DNA of 64,000 nucleotides from Ophelia neglecta (lineage: Eukaryota). Positions 26,106 through 39,079 of this stretch are shown piece by piece; position 1 is the first letter of the stretch; each line of letters starts with the position of its first letter. The stretch covers positions 36,084,001 to 36,148,000 of the forward strand of contig OZ260666.1 of NCBI GenBank assembly GCA_965285935.1, in the 5' to 3' direction. Both the position numbers and the translations under genes were made by a program. Below the pieces are notes generated by a model that was not told the origin of the DNA, made no database searches, and saw only the letters and a list, made by a program, of their open reading frames with translations.

Positions 26106-29100
26106 ATCACCAAATAGGACACAACATCAGATTTCACTAACAAACCAATTAATACGTCAAAGTTGGTCAACTATCACGGCTACAGTATGCAAACTTAAAT
26201 ACTACATTCGAACAAGTGAAGTCTTAGTGTCAATACACGCATATACAATCCACGACCTTTGACAGTATGTGTTTGTAAATTATTTCGGTAGGGATCATTA
26301 CTTCTACCAGTAAACGAAACACGCAAGGATGGTCTAACTTATTTCTATAAGACTAATTATAAGCGACAGGTAGAAGCTTTTACTATCATTTTTCCAGTGG
26401 AAGCAGGATTTATCCATGAATAATATAAAATGGGAGAACTATATGGATATAAGAATATATATTGTTATGAGACGCAGAAAGTCACTAGGCATGTTACATT
26501 TGTATAAGCGCCAATGGGAAATTAAAGACAGGGAGAGGTCTTTAGTAACGCTCTTTAAAATGTCTCGGTTAAGTTTATTGCCTCCTCAAATAATACATGA
26601 CTTTTTAAAAAGGACATATTAGAAACAATTTTGTTATTGCTATACGTTATAAGAGGAAACGAGGATCGGATCATCGGGTATGTGCCCTCTCAGTACATTA
26701 AACCAAAATTAAGGTTACACCGAAGTACAAGTGCACGTTAAAGTGACAGTGCAAGAAGAAAGAAACATGTCTAAAACACCCCAGTTGAACAAATGTCTAC
26801 TTTCCAGGCTAAAATATGTGGATCCTTAGTATGATATACACAATGGTCAACCGGGCATTTCGGAATGTGTTATATAGATACATTTTTTGGGTCAAAGATA
26901 TTCGTCAAATGGGAGGCAACTACTTTACAATTCATTAGTGTGTTGAATGTGAATAGCATACACGAATGGAACATTACTTGTCCTTAAGAGCTACCGTTCA
27001 TTTGCAATAAGACTCCATCTGTAGATATCAATCGATCAAGGAGGACATTTCACCTCGAATGTGTGAAATGTATAGCGCATTTTGACTTCACATTGATTTT
27101 CACTTTCTTCATATAATGACGGTAATGTAAGAATAGATAAATCAAACTTTCCATGTAAAATATATACATGCAAGCGCTTTTGATAATGTTGATGTATATC
27201 CTAAGCAGTTTGGTTGTAAATATATTCACGACGGAGATATAATCTGCCCTTATGATGTGTCTGTACCATAGCATGAGGAGAACGTGCCGAAAGCAATGCT
27301 GAGAGCAAGCATAGTTCTACATTTAACTCGGATCTCTGAGACGGTGCTAAAAATAGCCGGGATCACCTTATTAAATGGCCGAAGGCAACAGCCGTCTAAT
27401 TAACTATTGAGTTCAAAAGATTACTAAGATGTTTGGCTGTAATAGGCGAATACATTGTTAATAACCTAATTTGTTGACTGAATGAATCCTGTCTGTGTTA
27501 TATATATGAAAAACACTGTAAAATGTGATTGCAGACATCGTTTCAATGGTTCGCTCATAATGACAGACGACATAGTACACCGGACAATGTATGTCATAGG
27601 TTTGTGGGTAAGGATGAAAGGGAAAAGTAGGGCTGCATGCAGGTACTGTGTCAAGTGCTCGCTCTTTCCTGCTGCTGTAATAAGTATGCGGGCATTTATT
27701 ACTGTCTCGACGTTTCATCCAATGACCTTGGTAGAATTTCGGTCTAAATGATCGATTACAACTCCACCAGAGTAAATACAGAAAGCAACGATAGAGGACG
27801 ATTGCCAATTCTATATAACTTTTGCAATCGGGCCATGAAACAAATTGCGTCTAAATTCCTGACGGGAGGGGCGATGCAAATTGATACACTCTGGCATAAA
27901 TAGTCCAATACAACAAATATATAACTTTTTTAACATTTTGCAATAATGTATATTTAAATCCTAACGGAAATAGAATCAACCTTAAAAGTGGAACTTTGAT
28001 TAAAACATTCCTATGCAACAGCCAAAAATAAATCATATTTTATAACCGAAAGGATTGTTGTGAATTTTCCCTTCAGAGAGGCAGACTGTCATTCGAGAGC
28101 AGACAGTTTACAACGAGGTGTCGGGTGCCACGAAAAGCTGACTCATTTGTCATTTTACACGTAAAATGACAACATGTTAAATATCAATCTAAAAGGCGGT
28201 TTTCATACTTTATTGACCTTCTATTATCAGCAGGTCATGGAAAGCTTTTCACAGAGGGCTTCAGAAATGGAGGCATACATTGCATGTTTATTGCAAACTG
28301 GTTAGTTTTGTACAAAATACATTTCCTGGTAGACTAGAATAGGCCCTACATATGTATGAAGATATATCAAATTAAGTACATTAAACTCAACTGAATATGA
28401 TTAGACGGAAGAACGCATTACAAGTAATATCCAAATGCTTCCCAGCTCTAATCATGCCCGCGATAACTAATTTGGGACAAGTTGCTTGTTTAATATGCAT
28501 GCATTTGGTATTATGTGCAATTTTTAACGAAATTAATAATGTAAATTTGAAACGTGTACCAAATACATCTTCAAAATCTACATGTGATATATGATATACC
28601 AATAATTTTATTCTATCATTAAGCCTCATATTATATATCACATGCTTCAGTCAGTGAAAACAAATACACAGTCAACAATAATCAGTGTTGCCCCATCATT
28701 ATTATGTGCCCCTATTATTTGTAATCCTGCTTTTTATTGAAGCTTCATATTGGTTGAAGTGGAATAGACCACAGCAAACTCGTCTCAGTGGGTGGTATAT
28801 ATAGTTATTCATGACAGAATGACATTTAGAAATATGCTTAATTGTCTGCCAAGGCCATGCAAAAAAAACAATGAAGATGTCCTTCAGTCTAACTACTTAA
28901 CCAACTCACTAAATAAACGTTGCCTAATTCATCATCGTTAATGGTACCTTGGTCATGGCTCGAGCAGGTCGTCTGAGACAAGACAAGACTCATGAATGAT
29001 GCGGCTGGGTGTGTAAAGTGGTCGAGCGGCGAGATGTGATTTCAAAATGAAAAGTGGAAATATTCACTTTTAATATGCAGTAAAGATACGAAGCATGCAA

Positions 29101-29747
29101 TGTTGTTTATTGCTCTATGTCGCCCTCAAAAATCAAAACATTGCAAATATCTTGAAAATGTAACCTAATAATTGCTCCATCATGTTCAGCTTTGGCCTTT
29201 TCACTGATCATTTTTGAAATTTTACACATTTGTCCCTGGGGCATTCCAAAGTATTTCCCCCTTTGGTATCAATGTTTCAAACAATTTTCCATTGATCAGT
29301 AAAAGCTTAACAACTTCATAGAAATAGGTAATACTTTAATGGATTCTGAAATTTAAATACTCCCGAATAAATTAATAACACATAACAAAAGTGAAACAGA
29401 GATATTTCAGTTTTTTCGTGAAAAAAATACACCTCAAATGAAACAATTTTCTGTTTTTGTCAGTACCATATTCTTTACGGGTTTTGTGGAAATGCAGCCT
29501 TATTTCTAGTGGCAGATTCCCTCACACCTTACAGCTGTGAGTGCCGATTTGAATTCTATGGAACCAAGCATTACCAGATTAACGAAATTGATATACTCCC
29601 ACAAAAAATGAGCCCCACCTCTGCATGCACTACTTAGTGTTCCACTGGATATATTATGCACTGTACCAGTTGATCGCATTGATATCTTACAAATCCAATA
29701 GGGTCCAAAATTTCCTGCTCCAAATACTGACTGTCACAATCGACTGG

Positions 29748-29796
29748 ACCCCCCACCCCCATCCCCATCCCCACCCCCACCCCCACCCCCACCCCT
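29748..29796. repeat. (CCCCAC/CCCCAT)n hexamer microsatellite
   Basis: About 8 units visible; explains the PHPHPH and GWGWGW ORFs. Confidence 0.9.
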
Positions 29797-30576
29797 CCTC
29801 GGGGAGGGATTCACAATGATAGGTGCGTTCATAAAAAGTATTATTATTATTATTTATCTTCAGTTCGAACTGGTGACAAACAAAACTAATCAACACAGAT
29901 ATTATGCATACTAAGTCCATAGGAAGATTTAAAGAACGTGCTTTAAAACATTCTTACACTGCAGGTTTGCCTTCAATGGACAAGTTAGAGATTACATGTG
30001 ACCTTTAACCCCACCGGGTATGATTTCCCTACACGTGCTTGGCTGTGGAATATAGACATCTCTGTGTTTTGACTATGTTAACACAGTTTGCCAGCCGGAG
30101 GTCATGTAGGGACTATGCGATGTTGACTATTAGATTAGTCTGGATCACCCATTTAGTTGTTCAGTACAGCTTACCCGACGCTGTTTATCAAACGAATGAT
30201 CCCAGATAGAGATAAATCATTTAACTAGATTAGAGGTCATAAGTATAACATTTGTAACGGCCCTGCATTGCATGATCCCATATTTCCTTATTTCTTTAAT
30301 GGGACACATTACACCACTATGATAGGTTTGTGACTCTCGTTATGTTGCAATCCCGAAAGTATCTAACTGCAACTAATGTCCGTACCGAATCCCAAGCGCA
30401 CCATTTTCATGGGTTGTGAGTTTCAAATGATGGTCTTTCAACAATGTTATTGAGTCGTGGATATTTGGCCAGCAACTTACCACTCTAATAAAACAAATAA
30501 TAATTATCATGTGAATATACGACACTGATATTATGACATGCAGAGCTAATGATTTGGCTGTATTGATTGGCATAAT

Positions 30577-30680
30577 TTAAGTTTCCCTTCGTAGCCGAGT
30601 ACACAGCTCCGCTCTCTTCGCCTGTGATGCGGAGAAGCTATGCGATAAGCATTAGGCTCTGCTGCGAAGGGTAAATTTAA
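30577..30680. mobile_element. Short foldback/MITE relic
   Basis: Imperfect inverted repeat ttaagtttcccttcgtagc / gctgcgaagggtaaatttaa with inner agctccgc / gcggagaagct. Confidence 0.45.
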
Positions 30681-33600
30681 GTGCGGTGTAGGAGATATAC
30701 GTAGAAATTGTTAGTTTTCGCACATTTTACTACTGAGAGCATTTTTACTATATTTTGTAGGAACAGTCATTTACCCATTTATTGCAATATATAAATTTCT
30801 TGTCTTATCGATACAATCAATTGATATATGACTGGCTAAGGCTTTATGTTTCAAACCAATATTTTGAAATAAACGTGTTACCATAGAAGCAACTTTCAAA
30901 ATATTTCTTTAAAGCTCGTGACAATTCATTTCTGATGCGAACGGTAATACAGGACGGATGAGCAACATTAGTTCGGACATGCAAGTAGAGTTGTAAAAGG
31001 TTCTAACTATACGCCTCGAACCTTTACTGACAAAATGCGTCGTTTACCAGAAATCTGCCGACTAAAATATAAGAAAATGCATTGATCAGTTTGATAAAAA
31101 CAACGACATAGCTGCATGGTTGTCAAAGATACAAAAACATTGCAGGCGAACTAGGCATCGCGCCCGTTATGCTTAAATTGACCGCCTGTCTATTACAGTC
31201 ACATAGCACAGTGGCTTAGCCGCTGGGTGTACAAGTGACTTCCGTTTAGAAGTGCGCAAGACCACAGCTGGGCAGCTCGAATACTTAGCGTGAGTCGGGA
31301 GAGATTGTCAATGGTCTATACGACTATTTATGGTTGTCAATGTTCGCCTTATTGTACTCAAAAAAATGTCTTCCAGCAGTCCACCCACTTCCACAATAAT
31401 AATACGCTCTTTCTGTTTTTAAGTGTGGTCACAGCTTCTCTATAGGATGCGCAACCACAAGTCCGTGAGAAATCATGGCCTTAAGTATCTTCGGAGAGAT
31501 ATTAGGTATTAGCTATTACTAACTTCATCTTGGTGGATGGCGCTCTGTGGCAATCCCCACGGAAGATCATAGGCTTGGGTAACAGACGATAGGGTTAATT
31601 TTTCCTGTTTATCGGAGTTAGGTGTGTTTTATTTGTCAATGATACACGTGCTTTCACCACAAATGAGTACGGAGAAAAGGACCCTCCCAGTGGTTGTTGT
31701 CAGATCAGAGAGGACCAGGAATATGTTTGACTATACAGGCCATTTATCTGAAATGACATATTAATTGGGGCAGTGGACTCGCAACTAGGTGTCATTTAAA
31801 AACATTATCTGTATGTAAGCCACTCGTTTTGAACGTGCCTGGTTGGTGTTAATCAGAATTTTGGTGTGTGTGTACACTGTCCAATTATTTATATCAACGA
31901 ATTTAAAAAACTTTCATGTAAACAGTAGTAGAATTTTCGTGGCCCTTGGTTAGAGTGTGTCATTGACTTCATGGAAAGAAATTACATTATATTTGATTAC
32001 CATTAGCATATAAGGGAAACATGGGAGTCAATACATGCCAGGTAAGACAATATCAGTAAGTAGAAGAGAATGGGTTTGCAACTTATTCTAAATTGACGTT
32101 GCAAGTAAAACAAAAGTTTCTCATTCACCATTTGTTCAATTATTGAACTCGGTCAAATAATTAAGTGAGGGATATGTTCTTCTCAACACAAGTGTACAAA
32201 TATTTCTCTCTGTCCGGTTATTTTGTCTCGAATCTATGTGTGAGAATACAGTATACTTTATTAAGTCTACTCAACACTTAACAAATTTATCCAGCAGGTA
32301 TTTGCCAAGCATACGCCACTAACTCTTGAATCGGTGAATTCTATTCCGCTAAATGCAAATGAATTCTTAGCTAAGAAAACGGCCTCAGGGAGAGCGACAT
32401 AGAGGCTAGCTCCTATTGAAACATGTGAAAACATCGTTCAACTTGCTGCCCGGTGGCAAATGTTGGAAAAGTACACATAGTGACATGATCTATATTTTTT
32501 CCCCAGGAGTGATCGATCGAAAGCCGAGAATAGACAGACCACGTGTTCTTCACATGGCATTAAGATCAATATTGACAGTCAAATGAACAATCGATTTGCC
32601 GTATAATCTTCTTGTTGTGTACAAGACGTTATTTATACTGAGCTGCATTTGTGCGGTTATAGCCTGAAACCCGTTTTCTCATATTTTATTCATTAGTAAC
32701 TGTAATCGTTTTTGTGCCACCCTATTACCTCTCAGCTAGCCACATGGCAATTTTTCCGAAAATTTATGCGCAAGCCTAATCCGTGACGTCACGGACCCCC
32801 TGGATTTTTAGGCACTTTCTCTTAGCACGCAGACCAGCATACAATCAACAGGTCAAGCTCATAGATTTCCCTAAAATGAGCAGGCCAATGGCAGGAATCC
32901 TTAATTCAGACAGTGATGATTCGGTTGCCTAGTTCATGCTACCATTTGTACGATTTACTCATTCTAACCTAGGCGAAGCAGGGAAGCCTTGGAAGGTACG
33001 GCCTCTACTCCGAGGGATAGTGAAGACGACAGCAATGTCGCAGACTAGGTTATTTTATTAATCAAGAATCGTCCATATAACCATTCCAATATCACGAGAA
33101 ATCAACAGCTGCAGGCCTAAAAGCTCCACAAAAGAAAATAAACTTGTAATGGGTGAATAATAATAAATTTAGAACTGTTATCACTTGCGATAAGAAATAA
33201 TCAACAGTTTTCGTGATGCGAGCCGAGGTCGAAACAATCGAGTCAGCGATCACCTAAGGAAAGAGATGAAATATGACCAAAGAGAATCTATTGTCAACTA
33301 AGCTCTCTCATAAATTTGAAACTAAGGTTGAAATTTGCTAAATAAACACAAGACCAGAGACGGATGAGAAAGGTTCATGCCCTCTAAGGAGGTAAAGTAT
33401 TCTTAATCGCCTAAACGGGCCGGGAAATGAAATGTTAACTTTATAAAGTATTGGCAGTGTGTTTGACGCGCGGGTCATCAAGAAGTCGTCACAGAGATTT
33501 ACTCTGTTTGATAGTCATGTATAATTAGCATACGATTGTAGAACAACGAGGGTACAATATGTTTCATCCATTAGTAAAATAATTTCATTTTTACTGCTTT

Positions 33601-36600
33601 CACCTATATTACAGACAACGCCTGATTGATGACGTATTTAGGTCCGAGTGGTCACATGACTAACCAACCGTGTTATTATTAGCCACTGTAGCGCTTAACA
33701 CTATGCTCAACATAGTCACTTTAATCTCAAATTGACCTGATTCACTTCTTATAAATAACTGAGCAGCTAAACTTGTATACGCCCAGAATGAAATACTGTC
33801 AAAATGTATTAGCGAAACGTCTTTTACCTTTTTGGAAAAGCTATGATTCCATATTGACCAACTTCCTCGCCAATGAAACATACATAAACGTATGTAAACC
33901 AATCGTTTTAGATACATATTGACGAGGAAAAAAACCTTTTTGATGATTTGCCTAACTGCGTTACATACAACAGTCAGGTGTTCTTTTTTATAACAAAAGT
34001 ACAAAGCGTTGTCCTCCCGTCATGGAGCAAGAAATAACAACATGATTTATATAAAGTACCAATTTGACACTCGGATTGCCTACACAATGATAAAAAATAC
34101 TGATATGTGCGTTACTATTAAAACAGTTTCATGTTTGTTTTTTTTTGGAGAAAACGTTCAAGATATAACCGGTTTGGCAATAAGTGAAGGTTGAATTTTA
34201 TACTAATAGTTTCGAAATTGATTTATAAAAACGAAAAGTTCATGTATTCCATATCCATCCTTCTATAAAGTACATAAAAGATTCATTTTCAAGGTGTCGT
34301 TATGTAGTGAGATAGACAAATTGATAACAGAGATACTCTATATCGCATTATTAATTTCGCGATTGCCATCTTTAACTACAAATAAGGCTCTTTCATTCTT
34401 TCATGTATCACATTTACGGCATTCTCTAACTCTAAAGCACTGGTCAGCAATGCTGGAAAAGACCGCCAGCATTATTCCTTGCCTGAAAAGGCCTTTGTTG
34501 GATACGCTGAATAGTACAATATAACTGCTCTTTCTTCAGAAAGGTATTCAGCATTGATTTATTTAAAAATAAGGAGACATTATGTCTACAAGCTATTATG
34601 GTGGAAACTTTCTAGACTGATGTTATCAAATTTGCAGCAACCCTTGTAAATACTCACGATGGCCTAAAGAACTGGGCAAAGTTGGTAATTACTGGCAGTG
34701 TTCATGTTCATTGAATTGAAGCCCCATCAGAATAAAAAACTGGTTTGTAAATGATTCATGTACAAGTATGTCAACTTTAAAGTGCCAGGATTCATCAAAA
34801 TAACAGCAGTTGTTTTCATTTGCAATGTTTCCAGGGAAGTGGAAACTAAGATTTCCTGAAAGAGTTTTTGTCAAACGTATGAGATCAAGCGAAAGCACAG
34901 AATTTTCAATGTAAATGTGGCATAACATTAAGGCATATATGATATATTATATAATGAATTATTCTGAATACACTGAATGTCGTAAATTTTTGGATACATA
35001 TTTTCTTCCAAGTCGAAAAAAATCCTTTTAAATCCACGTTTCTACGGCACCATTTGAATTCCCCTTACCAATATAGTAAACTTCATTGATAGCAATATTT
35101 CCACTTTGCAGCAACATGTGTGTCGAGACTTGTGATTTTTGTAAGAGTACTTTTTCGTCGGACTTAAACAGGAGACACCTTGCCCTTGTGGCGAAATTAC
35201 TGACCCGGGGATATCATGTCTACAAGGCAAAAAAAGGTGCATTTACCAAGTTCACAGATTTTGGTCGATCAGTTTGAGCGTAATAGATATACCTTAATGA
35301 CGTGTTGGGTCGTATGAAGGATTTCAAGTCTATGTTTAAGTTGGGCTTTCCGTGCTAAGTTCCGTGCTAAGTTTGTGGTTGTTTAATCACATTTAGCAGT
35401 AAGAGACGGTAATGTCTTTCAGTGATCTATTTCCTTTATAGGGTCAGTGACCATGTGCATTGCCTCATACAGAAATGTTTTGCAGATACACTATATGCCA
35501 TTGCGTTTAGCATTTGTACGTGTTCAATGATAGACAGCAGTTTTTCCTGTACACAGCAAAATGCCCCTCTGTCCTGGAGGTTTCTTTTTGGTTAATCCAA
35601 ATAGCTCGAACGAATTGGCAGTTTGTTTTTCTGTGTTTGACTCTCATCAAAGGTTTAAATTGTCAATTAAATGAGAATGTTTCTTGTAGAAGAAAATAGT
35701 GTATGTTTCGTGGTCACATATTTACCTTTAACTTCAGGGTTATTTACAATGTACTAATGCTAACATTAAATGTAACTAGACTAGCTATTTATTAAGCTTT
35801 ACTGTTATATATGTCCAAGAACTGCCCATTAAAGAGTAAACTTATTCGCACCTGAATCCTACAGACAATTGTTATTGCGAATTTGAAACCACATGGCTAT
35901 CTTTTCTACTAATAATAACAGTCCACGCGTATTCTATTACAAGTCATAAAATGTTATCTTTGGGAATGACCATTTGCTGATTGAATTAAAACTACCCATT
36001 AAACTTTGTCTGTCTGAGTTCTTAATTTATAGTCTACCTTCTAGGGAATCGTTCCAAAATATGCAATAACGCCTGAAGTTGTTTGTTCATACACATCGTA
36101 TACTGTAGTGAGGAGAAAGATATATAAAAGATAAAAAGACCGCCAAGAACGTATACGCCGGTGTCTGTAGTTCCATGTTATACAAGTAATGTTTCCTGAC
36201 TAATTAATGACAATATTCCCAGCTACTGTGTTAGAATTATGGTGCAATTGTGATTTACAACTGTGAACTAATCGGTCTCTATCGTACGATAAAAGCCTCT
36301 AGCTAAAGCTTCGTTCAAATATTCCCCCTGTCTTCTTTTCCCAACATCATTGGAAAGGCAGTGCCTGATTTATCATTGAGTCATATACTGACTTTCCTCA
36401 TCTATATCATGAAAAAAGAAGAAAATACAAATCCGTTACCTCAAACACACAATGTCCCAGCCCACATGCATGAGGCTAAGACATATATTCTTACACTGAC
36501 ACATTTTCCCTCTAATTTAAAGATACTGAAGTATTTTGCTGCAAACTTTAATTCAACAAATATTGGCATGTAATTTGAAACTAAATGAAAATAGCACTGA

Positions 36601-37183
36601 CATACAAAATATCGTGGAATCCTTTGTTTATTGTATCGTTGTACCGTGGTGGAACGTTAGCCTATCTAGTTGAATGAACGCGAGCGCAATACCAGGTAAT
36701 TGAAAGCTTCAACATGTTCTTCCAAAACACTTCACAATGGCGAAATTGAAAGACGGCAGCTTTTTAAACACAATCTAGACATTTTTTCCACCAGCAATAA
36801 CCTTACGATGTTATTAAATACAAGGACCACACACATTAGTTTAATATCATATCCTTATGCCTATATTTGATGCCGTCATGATGGCAGGTAATATCAATCC
36901 ATGGTTAGATCAAAACTATGGTATGTATAGGGTATAAGGAATATTACCGAAATTGCACGGTGACGATTTTGTGGTCGACAGATCTTATACCTGGCATAAA
37001 TCAATTACCCAAGTATTTCTATGATTATAAGCAACACAACACTTAAGTTTCATTGGTTAACTATTTTGAATGACATTTCCTTAATATAGAACATCCCGGC
37101 CTATAAGATATTATGTTTCTGGCACGTAACTTTTATGGAAGAAAAAATAGTTTGGCATTCCTTACAGTCTTTTTAAATATATA

Positions 37184-37362
37184 CAGTGAAACCTGTAAAT
37201 TAGGACCACCAAAGGAACTGGAAAATGATGGCCTGAGTTTGGAGGTGGTCTGTTTAAACAGGTTTTTTTAACAATGAAAGTATACAGCATGGTCCTCATA
37301 TTAGTGGTTTGAATTTACAGGTGGTCTGATTATAGAGGTGGTCTTTACAGCAGGTTTCACTG
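37184..37362. mobile_element. Tc1/mariner(pogo)-type MITE, copy 2
   Basis: TIR cagtgaaacctg / caggtttcactg, TA TSD; same layout as 4622-4791. Confidence 0.85.
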
Positions 37363-38600
37363 TATTCAGCCGTTGCTTAGCTTTTAAGAAAAGCCAGGTT
37401 AACATCCTATAAGTCATTTAATTTTCTACTCAATTAAAGCAACCACAAGAATACACCGACATATCTTGTATGTTTTTACTCTATTATTAGTCCGTTTCAT
37501 TGCTTGTCTCCCCTTAAACTGAGTCTCGCAGCCATGAATTGGGATCGCAATGCATTGTAAATGTTATAGATAATGACGTTTATTTCACTCATGTCTTAGC
37601 ATGAGATGATAAAACAGCTATAAAGACCCGTCAATATCAGCAGTCTTTTTCCGACAGTGTATCCATTAGGTCGGTTACATTCCTAATAGATAACATTCAC
37701 TGGTGAAAAAAATCAAGGAAAACGATGAATACTTTATACTTCAAATGGCCCGGTGAAACAATTATAGCCAAGTTACACTCTGCCGAATGTAAATTTTTAA
37801 TAGTATACATTAGTCTACTTAAAATAGTAGTTTAAACTCTTTTGTATATCTCAGTAAGGAATCGAAATTTTTGATCTAAATGATCTAAATAACTATGTTT
37901 AGGATATAAAAACTGTTTTAAAATACCTAAGTTATTTGCCCGGCCAAGTACGTGTATTGTATAAACGCTGAACAGCCCTTTGCTGTATTTTAAGTTATCA
38001 TGTTAAAGCTGCACCTCGACAGTCTACCCCAAAACCAATTCGTTACACCGCAAGAAGGTCACAACTACTTGACGAAAGCCGTAACTACCTGTCCTACTTC
38101 ATAAACGCCCGTCACAGTTTCTACAGTCCTCCAATATCAAATCTGTCCAAAACTGATGCTCTCAGTGGGATACAACAAAACCCGGGCATCCTTTTTAATG
38201 ACATTAAAGAGGCACCATTCAAAAGGAAACGACTCTTTCAGTAAATGTATTGTGCGGAAGGACTTTCAACTGTCACTGACAGTATGATCGGTGACACTAG
38301 ATGCGAATTAATGAAATAAACGAACGACCATATTTATTACACCAAGCTCCGATAGCACCATTCATAACAGAAGAATATAATAAGTGAAGTTAATTTCAGC
38401 AAAAAAGTAACAAGAAACGTAGAGTTGTGATTATATTTCATTTCGCACAGTAAACCATTTCACATGTATGTAGCTAAGATATCAATTACAAGGCCTAATG
38501 TACAAGTGTTTCTAGGTCCATGGAATTTGTTTTGATTGCTTTGTATCCTTAGTTCTAGTTTCATATTTTGGAAAAAAGCACTCATCAGTAAACAAAAATT

Positions 38601-39079
38601 GCCCCCCCCCTCGAGGCAGGTTGGTAGTGGCAACATCCCTCCACCTCCCCTCCCGAGTGACAGGCAGGGTGGTAGTAGTAACACCCCTCCACCACCCCTC
38701 CCGAGGGGCAGGCAGGAAGGTAGTGTTAACACCCCTTCACCTCCCCCCCCCCAAGGGGCAGGCAAGGTGGTAGTGGTAACATCCCTCCACCTCCCCTGCC
38801 GAGGGACAGGCAGGGTGATAGTGGTAACACCCCACCTCCCCTTCGGAGGGGCAGGCAGGGTGGTAGTGGTAACACCCCTCCACCTCCCCTCCCGAGGGGC
38901 AGGCAGGGTGGTGCTGTTAACACACCTCAGGGTGGCAGTGGTACCGCCCTCCCCCCCCCCCTCCCCCCGATGTGCAGGCAGGAAAATAGTGGTAATAACC
39001 CCCCTCCCGGAAGAACAGGGTGGTATAGGTAACACCCCCCTCCCCTCGAAGGGCATGTTTTAGTAGTAACACCCCACCT
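38601..39079. repeat. GC-rich minisatellite, about 47-48-bp unit, about 10 copies
   Basis: Unit aggcagggtggtagtggtaacacccctccacctcccctcccgaggggc repeated head to tail with no unique spacers. Confidence 0.92.

Noticed and set aside
29625-29920. PH/GW-repeat ORFs
   Set aside because: Hexamer microsatellite artefact.
38460-39063. 198-aa and 175-aa ORFs; possible CRISPR-like array
   Set aside because: By-products of the GC-rich minisatellite; there are no unique spacers and the context is eukaryotic.
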